From: Auanema rhodensis
Lineage: Eukaryota > Animalia > Nematoda
Direction: 5' to 3'
Assembly: GCA_964057225.1 (NCBI GenBank)
Contig: OZ059900.1
Location: 20,150,001 to 20,214,000, forward strand
Length of the DNA: 64,000 bases
Below the pieces are notes generated by a model, which worked only from the letters and a program-made list of their open reading frames with translations, made no database searches and had not been told where the DNA came from. Shown here one piece after another: positions 11,701 to 27,100 of the stretch (positions are counted from its first letter, which is position 1; each line of letters starts with the position of its first letter). The translations under genes were made by a program, and so were the position numbers.

Positions 11701-14700
11701 GCAACGAATTTCAGCGTGTTACATACTAAAATGAAGCATTTTACATGCTGAACACTAGAAAAATACAAAAACACAGTATTTCCCATGAGAAATATTTTAT
11801 TATGCTGGAAAACCAGTTTTTGGAAATTTCGCTGTAAACAAGGTTTTGACTTACGATTTCATGTGTTCAAACTCATGCAATGTCAATGAAACCTAGCTCA
11901 AAATTGTTCGTACAACGTCTAGTTCCACTTTCACGACAAAAAAACAGGGGGTAGAAAATTAGGGAAATTAGCATATTCTGAGGGCACGCCCCTTATGGCT
12001 AATATTGATTAAATCGATTTTTGTTCATATGAGTCGTCAAATGCAACGAATTTCAGCGTGTTACATACTAAAATGAAGCATTTTACATGCTGAACACTAG
12101 AAAAATACAAAAACACAGTATTTCCCATGAGAAATATTTTATTATGCTGGAAAACCAGTTTTTGGAAATTTCGCTGTAAACAAGGTTTTGACTTACGATT
12201 TCATGTGTTCAAACTCATGCAATGTCAATGAAACCTAGCTCAAAATTGTTCGTACAACGTCTAGTTCCACTTTCACGACAAAAAAACAGGGGTTAGAAAA
12301 TTAAGGAAATTAGCATATTCTGAGGGCACGCCGTTTATGGCTAATATTGATTAAATCGATTTTTGTTCATATGAGTCGTCAAATGCAACGAATTTCAGCG
12401 TGTTACATACTAAAATGAAGCATTTTACATGCTGAACACTAGAAAAATACAAAAACACAGTATTTCCCATGAGAAATATTTTATTATGCTGGAAAACCAG
12501 TTTTTGGAAATTTCGCTGTAAACAAGGTTTTGACTTACGATTTCATGTGTTCAAACTCATGCAATGTCAATGAAACCTAGCTCAAAATTGTTCGTACAAC
12601 GTCTAGTTCCACTTTCACGACAAAAAAACAGGGGGTAGAAAATTAGGGAAATTAGCATATTCTGAGGGCACGCCCCTTATGGCTAATATTGATTAAATCG
12701 ATTTTTGTTCATATGAGTCGTCAAATGCAACGAATTTCAGCGTGTTACATACTAAAATGAAGCATTTTACATGCTGAACACTAGAAAAATACAAAAACAC
12801 AGTATTTCCCATGAGAAATATTTTATTATGCTGGAAAACCAGTTTTTGGAAATTTCGCTGTAAACAAGGTTTTGACTTACGATTTCATGTGTTCAAACTC
12901 ATGCAATGTCAATGAAACCTAGCTCAAAATTGTTCGTACAACGTCTAGTTCCACTTTCACGACAAAAAAACAGGGGTTAGAAAATTAAGGAAATTAGCAT
13001 ATTCTGAGGGCACGCCGTTTATGGCTAATATTGATTAAATCGATTTTTGTTCATATGAGTCGTCAAATGCAACGAATTTCAGCGTGTTACATACTAAAAT
13101 GAAGCATTTTACATGCTGAACACTAGAAAAATACAAAAACACAGTATTTCCCATGAGAAATATTTTATTATGCTGGAAAACCAGTTTTTGGAAATTTCGC
13201 TGTAAACAAGGTTTTGACTTACGATTTCATGTGTTCAAACTCATGCAATGTCAATGAAACCTAGCTCAAAATTGTTCGTACAACGTCTAGTTCCACTTTC
13301 ACGACAAAAAAACAGGGGTTAGAAAATTAAGGAAATTAGCATATTCTGAGGGCACGCCGTTTATGGCTAATATTGATTAAATCGATTTTTGTTCATATGA
13401 GTCGTCAAATGCAACGAATTTCAGCGTGTTACATACTAAAATGAAACATTTTACATGCTGAACACTAGAAAAATACAAAAACACAGTATTTCCCATGAGA
13501 AATATTTTATTATGCTGGAAAACCAGTTTTTGGAAATTTCGCTGTAAACAAGGTTTTGACTTACGATTTCATGTGTTCAAACTCATGCAATGTCAATGAA
13601 ACCTAGCTCAAAATTGTTCGTACAACGTCTAGTTCCACTTTCACGACAAAAAAACAGGGGGTAGAAAATTAGGGAAATTAGCATATTCTGAGGGCACGCC
13701 CCTTATGGCTAATATTGATTAAATCGATTTTTGTTCATATGAGTCGTCAAATGCAACGAATTTCAGCGTGTTACATACTAAAATGAAGCATTTTACATGC
13801 TGAACACTAGAAAAATACAAAAACACAGTATTTCCCATGAGAAATATTTTATTATGCTGGAAAACCAGTTTTTGGAAATTTCGCTGTAAACAAGGTTTTG
13901 ACTTACGATTTCATGTGTTCAAACTCATGCAATGTCAATGAAACCTAGCTCAAAATTGTTCGTACAACGTCTAGTTCCACTTTCACGACAAAAAAACAGG
14001 GGTTAGAAAATTAAGGAAATTAGCATATTCTGAGGGCACGCCGTTTATGGCTAATATTGATTAAATCGATTTTTGTTCATATGAGTCGTCAAATGCAACG
14101 AATTTCAGCGTGTTACATACTAAAATGAAACATTTTACATGCTGAACACTAGAAAAATACAAAAACATAGTATTTCCCATGAGAAATATTTTATTATGCT
14201 GGAAAACCAGTTTTTGGAAATTTCGCTGTAAACAAGGTTTTGACTTACGATTTCATGTGTTCAAACTCATGCAATGTCAATGAAACCTAGCTCAAAATTG
14301 TTCGTACAACGTCTAGTTCCACTTTCACGACAAAAAAACAGGGGTTAGAAAATTAAGGAAATTATCATATTCTGAGGGCACGCCCCTTATGGCTAATATT
14401 GATTAAATCGATTTTTGTTCATATGAGTCGTCAAATGCAACGAATTTCAGCGTGTTACATACTAAAATGAAGCATTTTACATGCTGAACACTAGAAAAAT
14501 ACAAAAACACAGTATTTCCCATGAGAAATATTTTATTATGCTGGAAAACCAGTTTTTGGAAATTTCGCTGTAAACAAGGTTTTGACTTACGATTTCATGT
14601 GTTCAAACTCATGCAATGTCAATGAAACCTAGCTCAAAATTGTTCGTACAACGTCTAGTTCCACTTTCACGACAAAAAAACAGGGGTTAGAAAATTAAGG

Positions 14701-15598
14701 AAATTAGCATATTCTGAGGGCACGCCGTTTATGGCTAATATTGATTAAATCGATTTTTGTTCATATGAGTCGTCAAATGCAACGAATTTCAGCGTGTTAC
14801 ATACTAAAATGAAACATTTTACATGCTGAACACTAGAAAAATACAAAAACATAGTATTTCCCATGAGAAATATTTTATTATGCTGGAAAACCAGTTTTTG
14901 GAAATTTCGCTGTAAACAAGGTTTTGACTTATGATTTCATGTGTTCAAACTCATGCAATGTCAATGAAACCTAGCTCAAAATTGTTCGTACAACGTCTAG
15001 TTCCACTTTCACGACAAAAAAACAGGGGTTAGAAAATTAAGGAAATTATCATATTCTGAGGGCACGCCCCTTATGGCTAATATTGATTAAATCGATTTTT
15101 GTTCATATGAGTCGTCAAATGCAACGAATTTCAGCGTGTTACATACTAAAATGAAGCATTTTACATGCTGAACACTGGAAAAATACAAAAACACAGTATT
15201 TCCCATGAGAAATATTTTATTATGCTGGAAAACCAGTTTTTGGAAATTTCGCTGTAAACAAGGTTTTGACTTACGATTTCATGTGTTCAAACTCATGCAA
15301 TGTCAATGAAACCTAGCTCAAAATTGTTCGTACAACGTCTAGTTCCACTTTCACGACAAAAAAACAGGGGTTAGAAAATTAAGGAAATTAGCATATTCTG
15401 AGGGCACGCCCCTTATGGCTAATATTGATTAAATCGATTTTTGTTCATATGAGTCGTCAAATGCAACGAATTTCAGCGTGTTACATACTAAAATGAAACA
15501 TTTTACATGCTGAACACTAGAAAAATACAAAAACATAGTATTTCCCATGAGAAATATTTTATTATGCTGGAAAACCAGTTTTTGGAAATTTCGCTGTA

Positions 15599-15936
15599 AA
15601 CAAGGTTTTGACTTACGATTTCATGTGTTCAAACTCATGCAATGTCAATGAAACCTAGCTCAAAATTGTTCGTACAACGTCTAGTTCCACTTTCACGACA
15701 AAAAAACAGGGGTTAGAAAATTAAGGAAATTAGCATATTCTGAGGGCCCCTTATGGCTAATATTGATTAAATCGATTTTTGTTCATATGAGTCGTCAAAT
15801 GCAACGAATTTTAGCGTGTTACATACTAAAATGAAGCATTTTACATGCTGAACACTAGAAAAAAACAAAAACACAGTATTTCCCATGAGAAATATTTTAT
15901 TATGCTGGAAAACCAGTTTTTGGAAATTTCGCTGTA
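15599..15936 (+). repeat. 338-bp monomer with a 4-bp deletion (GAGGGCACGCCCC to GAGGGCCCC)
   Basis: TGAGGGCCCCTT at 15741-15752; the next monomer starts at 15937. Confidence 0.95.
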
Positions 15937-16620
15937 AACAAGGTTTTGACTTACGATTTCATGTGTTCAAACTCATGCAATGTCAATGAAACCTAGCTCA
16001 AAATTGTTCGTACAACGTCTAGTTCCACTTTCACGACAAAAAAACAGGGGGTAGAAAATTAGGGAAATTAGCATATTCTGAGGGCACGCCCCTTATGGCT
16101 AATATTGATTAAATCGATTTTTGTTCATATGAGTCGTCAAATGCAACGAATTTCAGCGTGTTACATACTAAAATGAAGCATTTTACATGCTGAACACTAG
16201 AAAAATACAAAAACACAGTATTTCCCATGAGAAATATTTTATTATGCTGGAAAACCAGTTTTTGGAAATTTCGCTGTAAACAAGGTTTTGACTTACGATT
16301 TCATGTGTTCAAACTCATGCAATGTCAATGAAACCTAGCTCAAAATTGTTCGTACAACGTCTAGTTCCACTTTCACGACAAAAAAACAGGGGTTAGAAAA
16401 TTAAGGAAATTAGCATATTCTGAGGGCACGCCGTTTATGGCTAATATTGATTAAATCGATTTTTGTTCATATGAGTCGTCAAATGCAACGAATTTCAGCG
16501 TGTTACATACTAAAATGAAACATTTTACATGCTGAACACTAGAAAAATACAAAAACATAGTATTTCCCATGAGAAATATTTTATTATGCTGGAAAACCAG
16601 TTTTTGGAAATTTCGCTGTA

Positions 16621-16958
16621 AACAAGGTTTTGACTTACGATTTCATGTGTTCAAACTCATGCAATGTCAATGAAACCTAGCTCAAAATTGTTCGTACAAC
16701 GTCTAGTTCCACTTTCACGACAAAAAAACAGGGGTTAGAAAATTAAGGAAATTAGCATATTCTGAGGGCCCCTTATGGCTAATATTGATTAAATCGATTT
16801 TTGTTCATATGAGTCGTCAAATGCAACGAATTTCAGCGTGTTACATACTAAAATGAAGCATTTTACATGCTGAACACTAGAAAAATACAAAAACACAGTA
16901 TTTCCCATGAGAAATATTTTATTATGCTGGAAAACCAGTTTTTGGAAATTTCGCTGTA
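16621..16958 (+). repeat. Second 338-bp monomer with the same 4-bp deletion
   Basis: TGAGGGCCCCTT at 16763-16774; the next monomer starts at 16959. Confidence 0.95.
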
Positions 16959-19900
16959 AACAAGGTTTTGACTTACGATTTCATGTGTTCAAACTCATGC
17001 AATGTCAATGAAACCTAGCTCAAAATTGTTCGTACAACGTCTAGTTCCACTTTCACGACAAAAAAACAGGGGGTAGAAAATTAGGGAAATTAGCATATTC
17101 TGAGGGCACGCCCCTTATGGCTAATATTGATTAAATCGATTTTTGTTCATATGAGTCGTCAAATGCAACGAATTTCAGCGTGTTACATACTAAAATGAAG
17201 CATTTTACATGCTGAACACTAGAAAAATACAAAAACACAGTATTTCCCATGAGAAATATTTTATTATGCTGGAAAACCAGTTTTTGGAAATTTCGCTGTA
17301 AACAAGGTTTTGACTTACGATTTCATGTGTTCAAACTCATGCAATGTCAATGAAACCTAGCTCAAAATTGTTCGTACAACGTCTAGTTCCACTTTCACGA
17401 CAAAAAAACAGGGGTTAGAAAATTAAGGAAATTAGCATATTCTGAGGGCACGCCCCTTATGGCTAATATTGATTAAATCGATTTTTGTTCATATGAGTCG
17501 TCAAATGCAACGAATTTCAGCGTGTTACATACTAAAATGAAACATTTTACATGCTGAACACTAGAAAAATACAAAAACATAGTATTTCCCATGAGAAATA
17601 TTTTATTATGCTGGAAAACCAGTTTTTGGAAATTTCGCTGTAAACAAGGTTTTGACTTACGATTTCATGTGTTCAAACTTATGCAATGTCAATGAAACCT
17701 AGCTCAAAATTGTTCGTACAACGTCTAGTTCCACTTTCACGACAAAAAAACAGGGGTTAGAAAATTAAGGAAATTATCATATTCTGAGGGCACGCCCCTT
17801 ATGGCTAATATTGATTAAATCGATTTTTGTTCATATGAGTCGTCAAATGCAACGAATTTCAGCGTGTTACATACTAAAATGAAGCATTTTACATGCTGAA
17901 CACTAGAAAAATACAAAAACACAGTATTTCCCATGAGAAATATTTTATTATGCTGGAAAACCAGTTTTTGGAAATTTCGCTGTAAACAAGGTTTTGACTT
18001 ACGATTTCATGTGTTCAAACTCATGCAATGTCAATGAAACCTAGCTCAAAATTGTTCGTACAACGTCTAGTTCCACTTTCACGACAAAAAAACAGGGGGT
18101 AGAAAATTAGGGAAATTAGCATATTCTGAGGGCACGCCCCTTATGGCTAATATTGATTAAATCGATTTTTGTTCATATGAGTCGTCAAATGCAACGAATT
18201 TCAGCGTGTTACATACTAAAATGAAGCATTTTACATGCTGAACACTAGAAAAATACAAAAACACAGTATTTCCCATGAGAAATATTTTATTATGCTGGAA
18301 AACCAGTTTTTGGAAATTTCGCTGTAAACAAGGTTTTGACTTACGATTTCATGTGTTCAAACTCATGCAATGTCAATGAAACCTAGCTCAAAATTGTTCG
18401 TACAACGTCTAGTTCCACTTTCACGACAAAAAAACAGGGGTTAGAAAATTAAGGAAATTAGCATATTCTGAGGGCACGCCGTTTATGGCTAATATTGATT
18501 AAATCGATTTTTGTTCATATGAGTCGTCAAATGCAACGAATTTCAGCGTGTTACATACTAAAATGAAACATTTTACATGCTGAACACTAGAAAAATACAA
18601 AAACATAGTATTTCCCATGAGAAATATTTTATTATGCTGGAAAACCAGTTTTTGGAAATTTCGCTGTAAACAAGGTTTTGACTTACGATTTCATGTGTTC
18701 AAACTTATGCAATGTCAATGAAACCTAGCTCAAAATTGTTCGTACAACGTCTAGTTCCACTTTCACGACAAAAAAACAGGGGTTAGAAAATTAAGGAAAT
18801 TATCATATTCTGAGGGCACGCCCCTTATGGCTAATATTGATTAAATCGATTTTTGTTCATATGAGTCGTCAAATGCAACGAATTTCAGCGTGTTACATAC
18901 TAAAATGAAGCATTTTACATGCTGAACACTAGAAAAATACAAAAACACAGTATTTCCCATGAGAAATATTTTATTATGCTGGAAAACCAGTTTTTGGAAA
19001 TTTCGCTGTAAACAAGGTTTTGACTTACGATTTCATGTGTTCAAACTCATGCAATGTCAATGAAACCTAGCTCAAAATTGTTCGTACAACGTCTAGTTCC
19101 ACTTTCACGACAGAAAAACAGGGGTTAGAAAATTAAGGAAATTAGCATATTCTGAGGGCACGCCCCTTATGGCTAATATTGATTAAACCGATTTTTGTTC
19201 ATATGAGTCGTCAAATGCAACGAATTTCAGCGTGTTACATACTAAAATGAAGCATTTTACATGCTGAACACTAGAAAAATACAAAAACACAGTATTTCCC
19301 ATGAGAAATATTTTATTATGCTGGAAAACCAGTTTTTGGAAATTTCGCTGTAAACAAGGTTTTGACTTACGATTTCATGTGTTCAAACTCATGCAATGTC
19401 AATGAAACCTAGCTCAAAATTGTTCGTACAACGTCTAGTTCCACTTTCACGACAAAAAAACAGGGGTTAGAAAATTAAGGAAATTAGCATATTCTGAGGG
19501 CACGCCCCTTATGGCTAATATTGATTAAATCGATTTTTGTTCATATGAGTCGTCAAATGCAACGAATTTCAGCGTGTTACATACTAAAATGAAGCATTTT
19601 ACATGCTGAACACTAGAAAAATACAAAGACACAGTATTTCCCATGAGAAATATTTTATTATGCTGGAAAACCAGTTTTTGGAAATATCGCTGTAAACAAG
19701 GTTTTGACTTACGATTTCATGTGTTCAAACTCATGCAATGTCAATGAAACCTAGCTCAAAATTGTTCGTACAACGTCTAGTTCCACTTTCACGACAAAAA
19801 AACAGGGGTTAGAAAATTAAGGAAATTAGCATATTCTGAGGGCACGCCGTTTATGGCTAATATTGATTAAATCGATTTTTGTTCATATGAGTCGTCAAAT

Positions 19901-22772
19901 GCAACGAATTTCAGCGTGTTACATACTAAAATGAAACATTTTACATGCTGAACACTAGAAAAATACAAAAACATAGTATTTCCCATGAGAAATATTTTAT
20001 TATGCTGGAAAACCAGTTTTTGGAAATTTCGCTGTAAACAAGGTTTTGACTTACGATTTCATGTGTTCAAACTCATGCAATGTCAATGAAACCTAGCTCA
20101 AAATTGTTCGTACAACGTCTAGTTCCACTTTCACGACAAAAAAACAGGGGTTAGAAAATTAAGGAAATTATCATATTCTGAGGGCACGCCCCTTATGGCT
20201 AATATTGATTAAATCGATTTTTGTTCATATGAGTCGTCAAATGCAACGAATTTCAGCGTGTTACATACTAAAATGAAGCATTTTACATGCTGAACACTAG
20301 AAAAATACAAAAACACAGTATTTCCCATGAGAAATATTTTATTATGCTGGAAAACCAGTTTTTGGAAATATCGCTGTAAACAAGGTTTTGACTTACGATT
20401 TCATGTGTTCAAACTCATGCAATGTCAATGAAACCTAGCTCAAAATTGTTCGTACAACGTCTAGTTCCACTTTCACGACAAAAAAACAAGGGTTAGAAAA
20501 TTAAGGAAATTAGCATATTCTGAGGGCACGCCGTTTATGGCTAATATTGATTAAATCGATTTTTGTTCATATGAGTCGTCAAATGCAACGAATTTCAGCG
20601 TGTTACATACTAAAATGAAACATTTTACATGCTGAACACTAGAAAAATACAAAAACATAGTATTTCCCATGAGAAATATTTTATTATGCTGGAAAACCAG
20701 TTTTTGGAAATTTCGCTGTAAACAAGGTTTTGACTTACGATTTCATGTGTTCAAACTCATGCAATGTCAATGAAACCTAGCTCAAAATTGTTCGTACAAC
20801 GTCTAGTTCCACTTTCACGACAAAAAAACAGGGGTTAGAAAATTAAGGAAATTATCATATTCTGAGGGCACGCCCCTTATGGCTAATATTGATTAAATCG
20901 ATTTTTGTTCATATGAGTCGTCAAATGCAACGAATTCCAGCGTGTTACATACTAAAATGAAGCATTTTACATGCTGAACACTAGAAAAATACAAAAACAC
21001 AGTATTTCCCATGAGAAATATTTTATTATGCTGGAAAACCAGTTTTTGGAAATTTCGCTGTAAACAAGGTTTTGACTTACGATTTCATGTGTTCAAACTC
21101 ATGCAATGTCAATGAAACCTAGCTCAAAATTGTTCGTACAACGTCTAGTTCCACTTTCACGACAAAAAAACAGGGGTTAGAAAATTAAGGAAATTAGCAT
21201 ATTCTGAGGGCACGCCCCTTATGGCTAATATTGATTAAATCGATTTTTGTTCATATGAGTCGTCAAATGCAACGAATTTCAGCGTGTTACATACTAAAAT
21301 GAAGCATTTTACATGCTGAACACTAGAAAAATACAAAAACACAGTATTTCCCATGAGAAATATTTTATTATGCTGGAAAACCAGTTTTTGGAAATATCGC
21401 TGTAAACAAGGTTTTGACTTACGATTTCATGTGTTCAAACTCATGCAATGTCAATGAAACCTAGCTCAAAATTGTTCGTACAACGTCTAGTTCCACTTTC
21501 ACGACAAAAAAACAGGGGTTAGAAAATTAAGGAAATTAGCATATTCTGAGGGCACGCCGTTTATGGCTAATATTGATTAAATCGATTTTTGTTCATATGA
21601 GTCGTCAAATGCAACGAATTTCAGCGTGTTACATACTAAAATGAAACATTTTACATGCTGAACACTAGAAAAATACAAAAACATAGTATTTCCCATGAGA
21701 AATATTTTATTATGCTGGAAAACCAGTTTTTGGAAATTTCGCTGTAAACAAGGTTTTGACTTACGATTTCATGTGTTCAAACTCATGCAATGTCAATGAA
21801 ACCTAGCTCAAAATTGTTCTTTCAACGTCTAGTTCCACTTTCACGACAAAAAAACAGAGGTTAGAAAATTAAGGAAATTATCATATTCTGAGGGCACGCC
21901 CCTTATGGCTAATATTGATTAAATCGATTTTTGTTCATATGAGTCGTCAAATGCAACGAATTTCAGCGTGTTACATACTAAAATGAAGCATTTTACATGC
22001 TGAACACTAGAAAAATACAAAAACACAGTATTTCCCATGAGAAATATTTTATTATGCTGGAAAACCAGTTTTTGGAAATTTCGCTGTAAACAAGGTTTTG
22101 ACTTACGATTTCATGTGTTCAAACTCATGCAATGTCAATGAAACCTAGCTCAAAATTGTTCGTACAACGTCTAGTTCCACTTTCACGACAAAAAAACAGG
22201 GGTTAGAAAATTAAGGAAATTAGCATATTCTGAGGGCACGCCCCTTATGGCTAATATTGATTAAATCGATTTTTGTTCATATGAGTCGTCAAATGCAACG
22301 AATTTCAGCGTGTTACATACTAAAATGAACCATTTTACATGCTGAACACTAGAAAAATACAAAAACACAGTATTTCCCATGAGAAATATTTTATTATGCT
22401 GGAAAACCAGTTTTTGGAAATTTCGCTGTAAACAAGGTTTTGACTTACGATTTCATGTGTTCAAACTCATGCAATGTCAATGAAACCTAGCTCAAAATTG
22501 TTCGTACAACGTCTAGTTCCACTTTCACGACAAAAAAACAGGGGGTAGAAAATTAGGGAAATTAGCATATTCTGAGGGCACGCCCCTTATGGCTAATATT
22601 GATTAAATCGATTTTTGTTCATATGAGTCGTCAAATGCAACGAATTTCAGCGTGTTACATACTAAAATGAAGCATTTTACATGCTGAACACTAGAAAAAT
22701 ACAAAAACACAGTATTTCCCATGAGAAATATTTTATTATGCTGGAAAACCAGTTTTTGGAAATTTCGCTGTA

Positions 22773-24140
22773 AACAAGGTTTTGACTTACGATTTCATGT
22801 GTTCAAACTCATGCAATGTCAATGAAACCTAGCTCAAAATTGTTCGTACAACGTCTAGTTCCACTTTCACGACAAAAAAACAGGGGGTAGAAAATTAGGG
22901 AAATTAGCATATTCTGAGGGCACGCCCCTTATGGCTAATATTGATTAAATCGATTTTTGTTCATATGAGTCGTCAAATGCAACGAATTTCAGCGTGTAAC
23001 ATACTAAAATGAAGCATTTTACATGCTGAACACTAGAAAAATACAAAAACACAGTATTTCCCATGAGAAATATTTTATTATGCTGGAAAACCAGTTTTTG
23101 GAAATTTCGCTGTAAACAAGGTTTTGACTTACGATTTCATGTGTTCAAACTCATGCAATGTCAATGAAACCTAGCTCAAAACTGTTCGTACAACGTCTAG
23201 TTCCACTTTCACGACAAAAAAACAGGGGTTAGAAAATTAAGGAAATTAGCATATTCTGAGGGCACGCCGTTTATGGCTAATATTGATTAAATCGATTTTT
23301 GTTCATATGAGTCGTCAAATGCAACGAATTTCAGCGTGTTACATACTAAAATGAAGCATTTTACATGCTGAACACTAGAAAAATACAAAAACACAGTATT
23401 TCCCATGAGAAATATTTTATTATGCTGGAAAACCAGTTTTTGGAAATTTCGCTGTAAACAAGGTTTTGACTTACGATTTCATGTGTTCAAACTCATGCAA
23501 TGTCAATGAAACCTAGCTCAAAATTGTTCGTACAACGTCTAGTTCCACTTTCACGACAAAAAAACAGGGGGTAGAAAATTAGGGAAATTAGCATATTCTG
23601 AGGGCACGCCCCTTATGGCTAATATTGATTAAATCGATTTTTGTTCATATGAGTCGTCAAATGCAACGAATTTCAGCGTGTAACATACTAAAATGAAGCA
23701 TTTTACATGCTGAACACTAGAAAAATACAAAAACACAGTATTTCCCATGAGAAATATTTTATTATGCTGGAAAACCAGTTTTTGGAAATTTCGCTGTAAA
23801 CAAGGTTTTGACTTACGATTTCATGTGTTCAAACTCATGCAATGTCAATGAAACCTAGCTCAAAACTGTTCGTACAACGTCTAGTTCCACTTTCACGACA
23901 AAAAAACAGGGGTTAGAAAATTAAGGAAATTAGCATATTCTGAGGGCACGCCGTTTATGGCTAATATTGATTAAATCGATTTTTGTTCATATGAGTCGTC
24001 AAATGCAACGAATTTCAGCGTGTTACATACTAAAATGAAGCATTTTACATGCTGAACACTAGAAAAATACAAAAACACAGTATTTCCCATGAGAAATATT
24101 TTATTATGCTGGAAAACCAGTTTTTGGAAATTTCGCTGTA
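22773..24140 (+). repeat. Higher-order repeat: 2-monomer tandem duplication (684 bp)
   Basis: A GTGTAAC monomer followed by an AAAACTGTT+CCGTTT monomer occurs at 22773/23115 and again at 23457/23799. Confidence 0.88.
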
Positions 24141-27100
24141 AACAAGGTTTTGACTTACGATTTCATGTGTTCAAACTCATGCAATGTCAATGAAACCTAG
24201 CTCAAAATTGTTCGTACAACGTCTAGTTCCACTTTCACGACAGAAAAACAGGGGTTAGAAAATTAAGGAAATTAGCATATTCTGAGGGCACGCCCCTTAT
24301 GGCTAATATTGATTAAACCGATTTTTGTTCATATGAGTCGTCAAATGCAACGAATTTCAGCGTGTTACATACTAAAATGAAGCATTTTACATGCTGAACA
24401 CTAGAAAAATACAAAAACACAGTATTTCCCATGAGAAATATTTTATTATGCTGGAAAACCAGTTTTTGGAAATTTCGCTGTAAACAAGGTTTTGACTTAC
24501 GATTTCATGTGTTCAAACTCATGCAATGTCAATGAAACCTAGCTCAAAATTGTTCGTACAACGTCTAGTTCCACTTTCACGACAAAAAAACAGGGGGTAG
24601 AAAATTAGGGAAATTAGCATATTCTGAGGGCACGCCCCTTATGGCTAATATTGATTAAATCGATTTTTGTTCATATGAGTCGTCAAATGCAACGAATTTC
24701 AGCGTGTAACATACTAAAATGAAGCATTTTACATGCTGAACACTAGAAAAATACAAAAACACAGTATTTCCCATGAGAAATATTTTATTATGCTGGAAAA
24801 CCAGTTTTTGGAAATTTCGCTGTAAACAAGGTTTTGACTTACGATTTCATGTGTTCAAACTCATGCAATGTCAATGAAACCTAGCTCAAAATTGTTCGTA
24901 CAACGTCTAGTTCCACTTTCACGACAAAAAAACAGGGGGTAGAAAATTAGGGAAATTAGCATATTCTGAGGGCACGCCCCTTATGGCTAATATTGATTAA
25001 ATCGATTTTTGTTCATATGAGTCGTCAAATGCAACGAATTTCAGCGTGTTACATACTAAAATGAAACATTTTACATGCTGAACACTAGAAAAATACAAAA
25101 ACATAGTATTTCCCATGAGAAATATTTTATTATGCTGGAAAACCAGTTTTTGGAAATTTCGCTGTAAACAAGGTTTTGACTTACGATTTCATGTGTTCAA
25201 ACTCATGCAATGTCAATGAAACCTAGCTCAAAATTGTTCGTACAACGTCTAGTTCCACTTTCACGACAAAAAAACAGGGGTTAGAAAATTAAGGAAATTA
25301 TCATATTCTGAGGGCACGCCCCTTATGGCTAATATTGATTAAATCGATTTTTGTTCATATGAGTCGTCAAATGCAACGAATTTCAGCGTGTTACATACTT
25401 AAATGAAGCATTTTACATGCTGAACACTAGAAAAATACAAAAACACAGTATTTCCCATGAGAAATATTTTATTATGCTGGAAAACCAGTTTTTGGAAATT
25501 TCGCTGTAAACAAGGTTTTGACTTACGATTTCATGTGTTCAAACTCATGCAATGTCAATGAAACCTAGCTCAAAATTGTTCGTACAACGTCTAGTTCCAC
25601 TTTCACGACAAAAAAACAGGGGTTAGAAAATTAAGGAAATTAGCATATTCTGAGGGCACGCCCCTTATGGCTAATATTGATTAAATCGATTTTTGTTCAT
25701 ATGAGTCGTCAAATGCAACGAATTTCAGCGTGTTACATACTAAAATGAACCATTTTACATGCTGAACACTAGAAAAATACAAAAACACAGTATTTCCCAT
25801 GAGAAATATTTTATTATGCTGGAAAACCAGTTTTTGGAAATTTCGCTGTAAACAAGGTTTTGACTTACGATTTCATGTGTTCAAACTCATGCAATGTCAA
25901 TGAAACCTAGCTCAAAATTGTTCGTACAACGTCTAGTTCCACTTTCACGACAAAAAAACAGGGGGTAGAAAATTAGGGAAATTAGCATATTCTGAGGGCA
26001 CGCCCCTTATGGCTAATATTGATTAAATCGATTTTTGTTCATATGAGTCGTCAAATGCAACGAATTTCAGCGTGTTACATACTAAAATGAAACATTTTAC
26101 ATGCTGAACACTAGAAAAATACAAAAACACAGTATTTCCCATGAGAAATATTTTATTATGCTGGAAAACCAGTTTTTGGAAATTTCGCTGTAAACAAGGT
26201 TTTGACTTACGATTTCATGTGTTCAAACTCATGCAATCTCAATGAAACCTAGCTCAAAATTGTTCGTACAACGTCTAGTTCCACTTTCACGACAAAAAAA
26301 CAGGGGTTAGAAAATTAAGGAAATTAGCATATTCTGAGGGCACGCCCCTTATGGCTAATATTGATTAAATCGATTTTTGTTCATATGAGTCGTCAAATGC
26401 AACGAATTTCAGCGTGTTACATACTAAAATGAAACATTTTACATGCTGAACACTAGAAAAATACAAAAACATAGTATTTCCCATGAGAAATATTTTATTA
26501 TGCTGGAAAACCAGTTTTTGGAAATTTCGCTGTAAACAAGGTTTTGACTTACGATTTCATGTGTTCAAACTCATGCAATGTCAATGAAACCTAGCTCAAA
26601 ATTGTTCGTACAACGTCTAGTTCCACTTTCACGACAAAAAAACAGGGGTTAGAAAATTAAGGAAATTATCATATTCTGAGGGCACGCCCCTTATGGCTAA
26701 TATTGATTGAATCGATTTTTGTTCATATGAGTCGTCAAATGCAACGAATTTCAGCGTGTTACATACTAAAATGAAGCATTTTACATGCTGAACACTAGAA
26801 AAATACAAAAACACAGTATTTCCCATGAGAAATATTTTATTATGCTGGAAAACCAGTTTTTGGAAATTTCGCTGTAAACAAGGTTTTGACTTACGATTTC
26901 ATGTGTTCAAACTCATGCAATGTCAATGAAACCTAGCTCAAAATTGTTCGTACAACGTCTAGTTCCACTTTCACGACAAAAAAACAGGGGTTAGAAAATT
27001 AAGGAAATTAGCATATTCTGAGGGCACGCCGTTTATGGCTAATATTGATTAAATCGATTTTTGTTCATATGAGTCGTCAAATGCAACGAATTTCAGCGTG

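Noticed and set aside
26629-26826. 65-aa minus-strand ORF (MGNTVFLYF...)
   Set aside because: It is satellite sequence opened by one SNV removing a TAA present in nearly all other monomers; no recognisable domain.
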